NCBI RefSeq assembly: GCF_000315625.1
Contig: NW_005434673.1
Location: forward strand, 1,168,099 to 1,232,098
DNA from: Guillardia theta CCMP2712
Taxonomy: Eukaryota > Protista > Cryptophyta
DNA length: 64,000 nt
Reading direction: 5' to 3'
Every line of letters starts with the position of its first letter. Positions within the stretch are counted from its first letter, which is position 1. The position numbers and the translations under genes are program-made. The notes below the pieces were generated by a model. The model worked only from the letters and a program-made list of their open reading frames with translations. It was not told the origin of the DNA and did no database searches. Positions 63,301 through 64,000 of this stretch are shown here, one piece after another.

Positions 63301-64000
63301 ATTGCATCCTTCATCACCGGTGGGCTATATGCAACATATTACTCGGATGTCGATTGCACTTCCACTGCTCTACATCGTGTTGACCCCGCGATCGATTTTG
63401 ATTGGGGCTTCTACAACGCTCTACCTAGCCTGCCTCAAGACGACTTCTGCGTGCGATGGCTCGGTATGATTTCACCTTCGTCTTCTGGGACGTACACCTT
63501 CGAAGTGAAAGCCTTGAATGAGTTGAAGCTTTGGATTGATGAAGGGCTGGTGTTAGACTTGTACGAGTCGAGTTCGAGAACAAGAAGAAGTTTTCCGTTG
63601 TACTTACAGAGTAATATCTTGTACCATATCAGAATCGAGTACAAAGCATATGTTGGTCTTGCAGCAGTACAACTTTCATGGAGATCTGAGGTCATTCAAA
63701 GTTTCAGTCTGCAATCTATTTCATATCAGACGTGCAATGTCAACACTCAAACGATCTGCTTTAACGTTGACGGTCCTATTGGTGGCCTGGGATACTTAGC
63801 AGGAAGGTTAATGATAAGGATGAACGGAGAGATCACTCAGATCGGAACATTCAATGTCGACATTTATGGCGCTGTGAATCAGATTCACAGTAATCTCACT
63901 GGGTTCACCTTTCCGAATAAATCGATATCTTTTGAGGACATCCTGATCTTTTATCAAGATGTAAACCAAACACAGGAAACAAGCATCACAGGAATGCAAA
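57380..64000 (+). CDS. Giant multidomain surface/extracellular protein: filamin-type Ig repeats, YHYH domain, several PA14 domains and phage-like beta repeats; truncated by the window end
   Basis: Short 5' exons, then a frame that appears open from ~59170 to 64000 (spot-checked; absent from the ORF track, presumably because it has no stop). GFAIDGVP...HSPLVGFLLDGLPAYGP...LDECGGH...YHYH; GLYATYY...FSVRW PA14 motifs; GAGLSLATVG...F...SKD filamin motifs. Start uncertain. Confidence 0.8.

Overview
Gene-dense eukaryotic nuclear DNA with many short (~45-70 nt) GT-AG introns, some expanded by purine/pyrimidine simple repeats. Bipartite plastid presequences, a starch phosphorylase with a signal peptide and a GtR-type rhodopsin point to a cryptophyte alga, probably Guillardia theta (inference). 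I reconstructed about 20 spliced genes by eye, so internal exon boundaries are approximate. They include an EF-hand protein, a large LRR protein, a GT41/OGT-like TPR glycosyltransferase, a tetraspanin-like protein, MAD1, KGD4/MRPS36, aspartate aminotransferase, a PfkB kinase, alpha-glucan phosphorylase, a lipid-anchored repeat protein, a CCHC/RGG RNA-binding protein, a bHLH-PAS factor, a microbial rhodopsin and a giant YHYH/filamin/PA14 protein that runs off the window. A young but damaged Ty1/copia LTR retrotransposon (44699-53174, 490-bp LTRs, CCGCC target-site duplication) sits between the rhodopsin and the next gene. The main signals are four. (1) Three unrelated proteins carry a signal peptide followed by the exact ubiquitin C-terminal hexapeptide LRLRGG, while the two stroma-type (+1 Phe) presequences lack it, suggesting a ubiquitin-mimic processing or sorting signal for the periplastid compartment. 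(2) The copia element has TG...TA ends and, in place of a tRNA primer-binding site, a perfect 30-bp palindrome with an alternative hairpin partner. (3) The rhodopsin has a D-T-W helix-C motif and a remodelled retinal pocket, and lies tail-to-tail with the bHLH-PAS gene. (4) There is a 9x35-bp tandem array of a splice acceptor, and recurrent non-coding GC-rich and TACCCC/AT-core intergenic modules.
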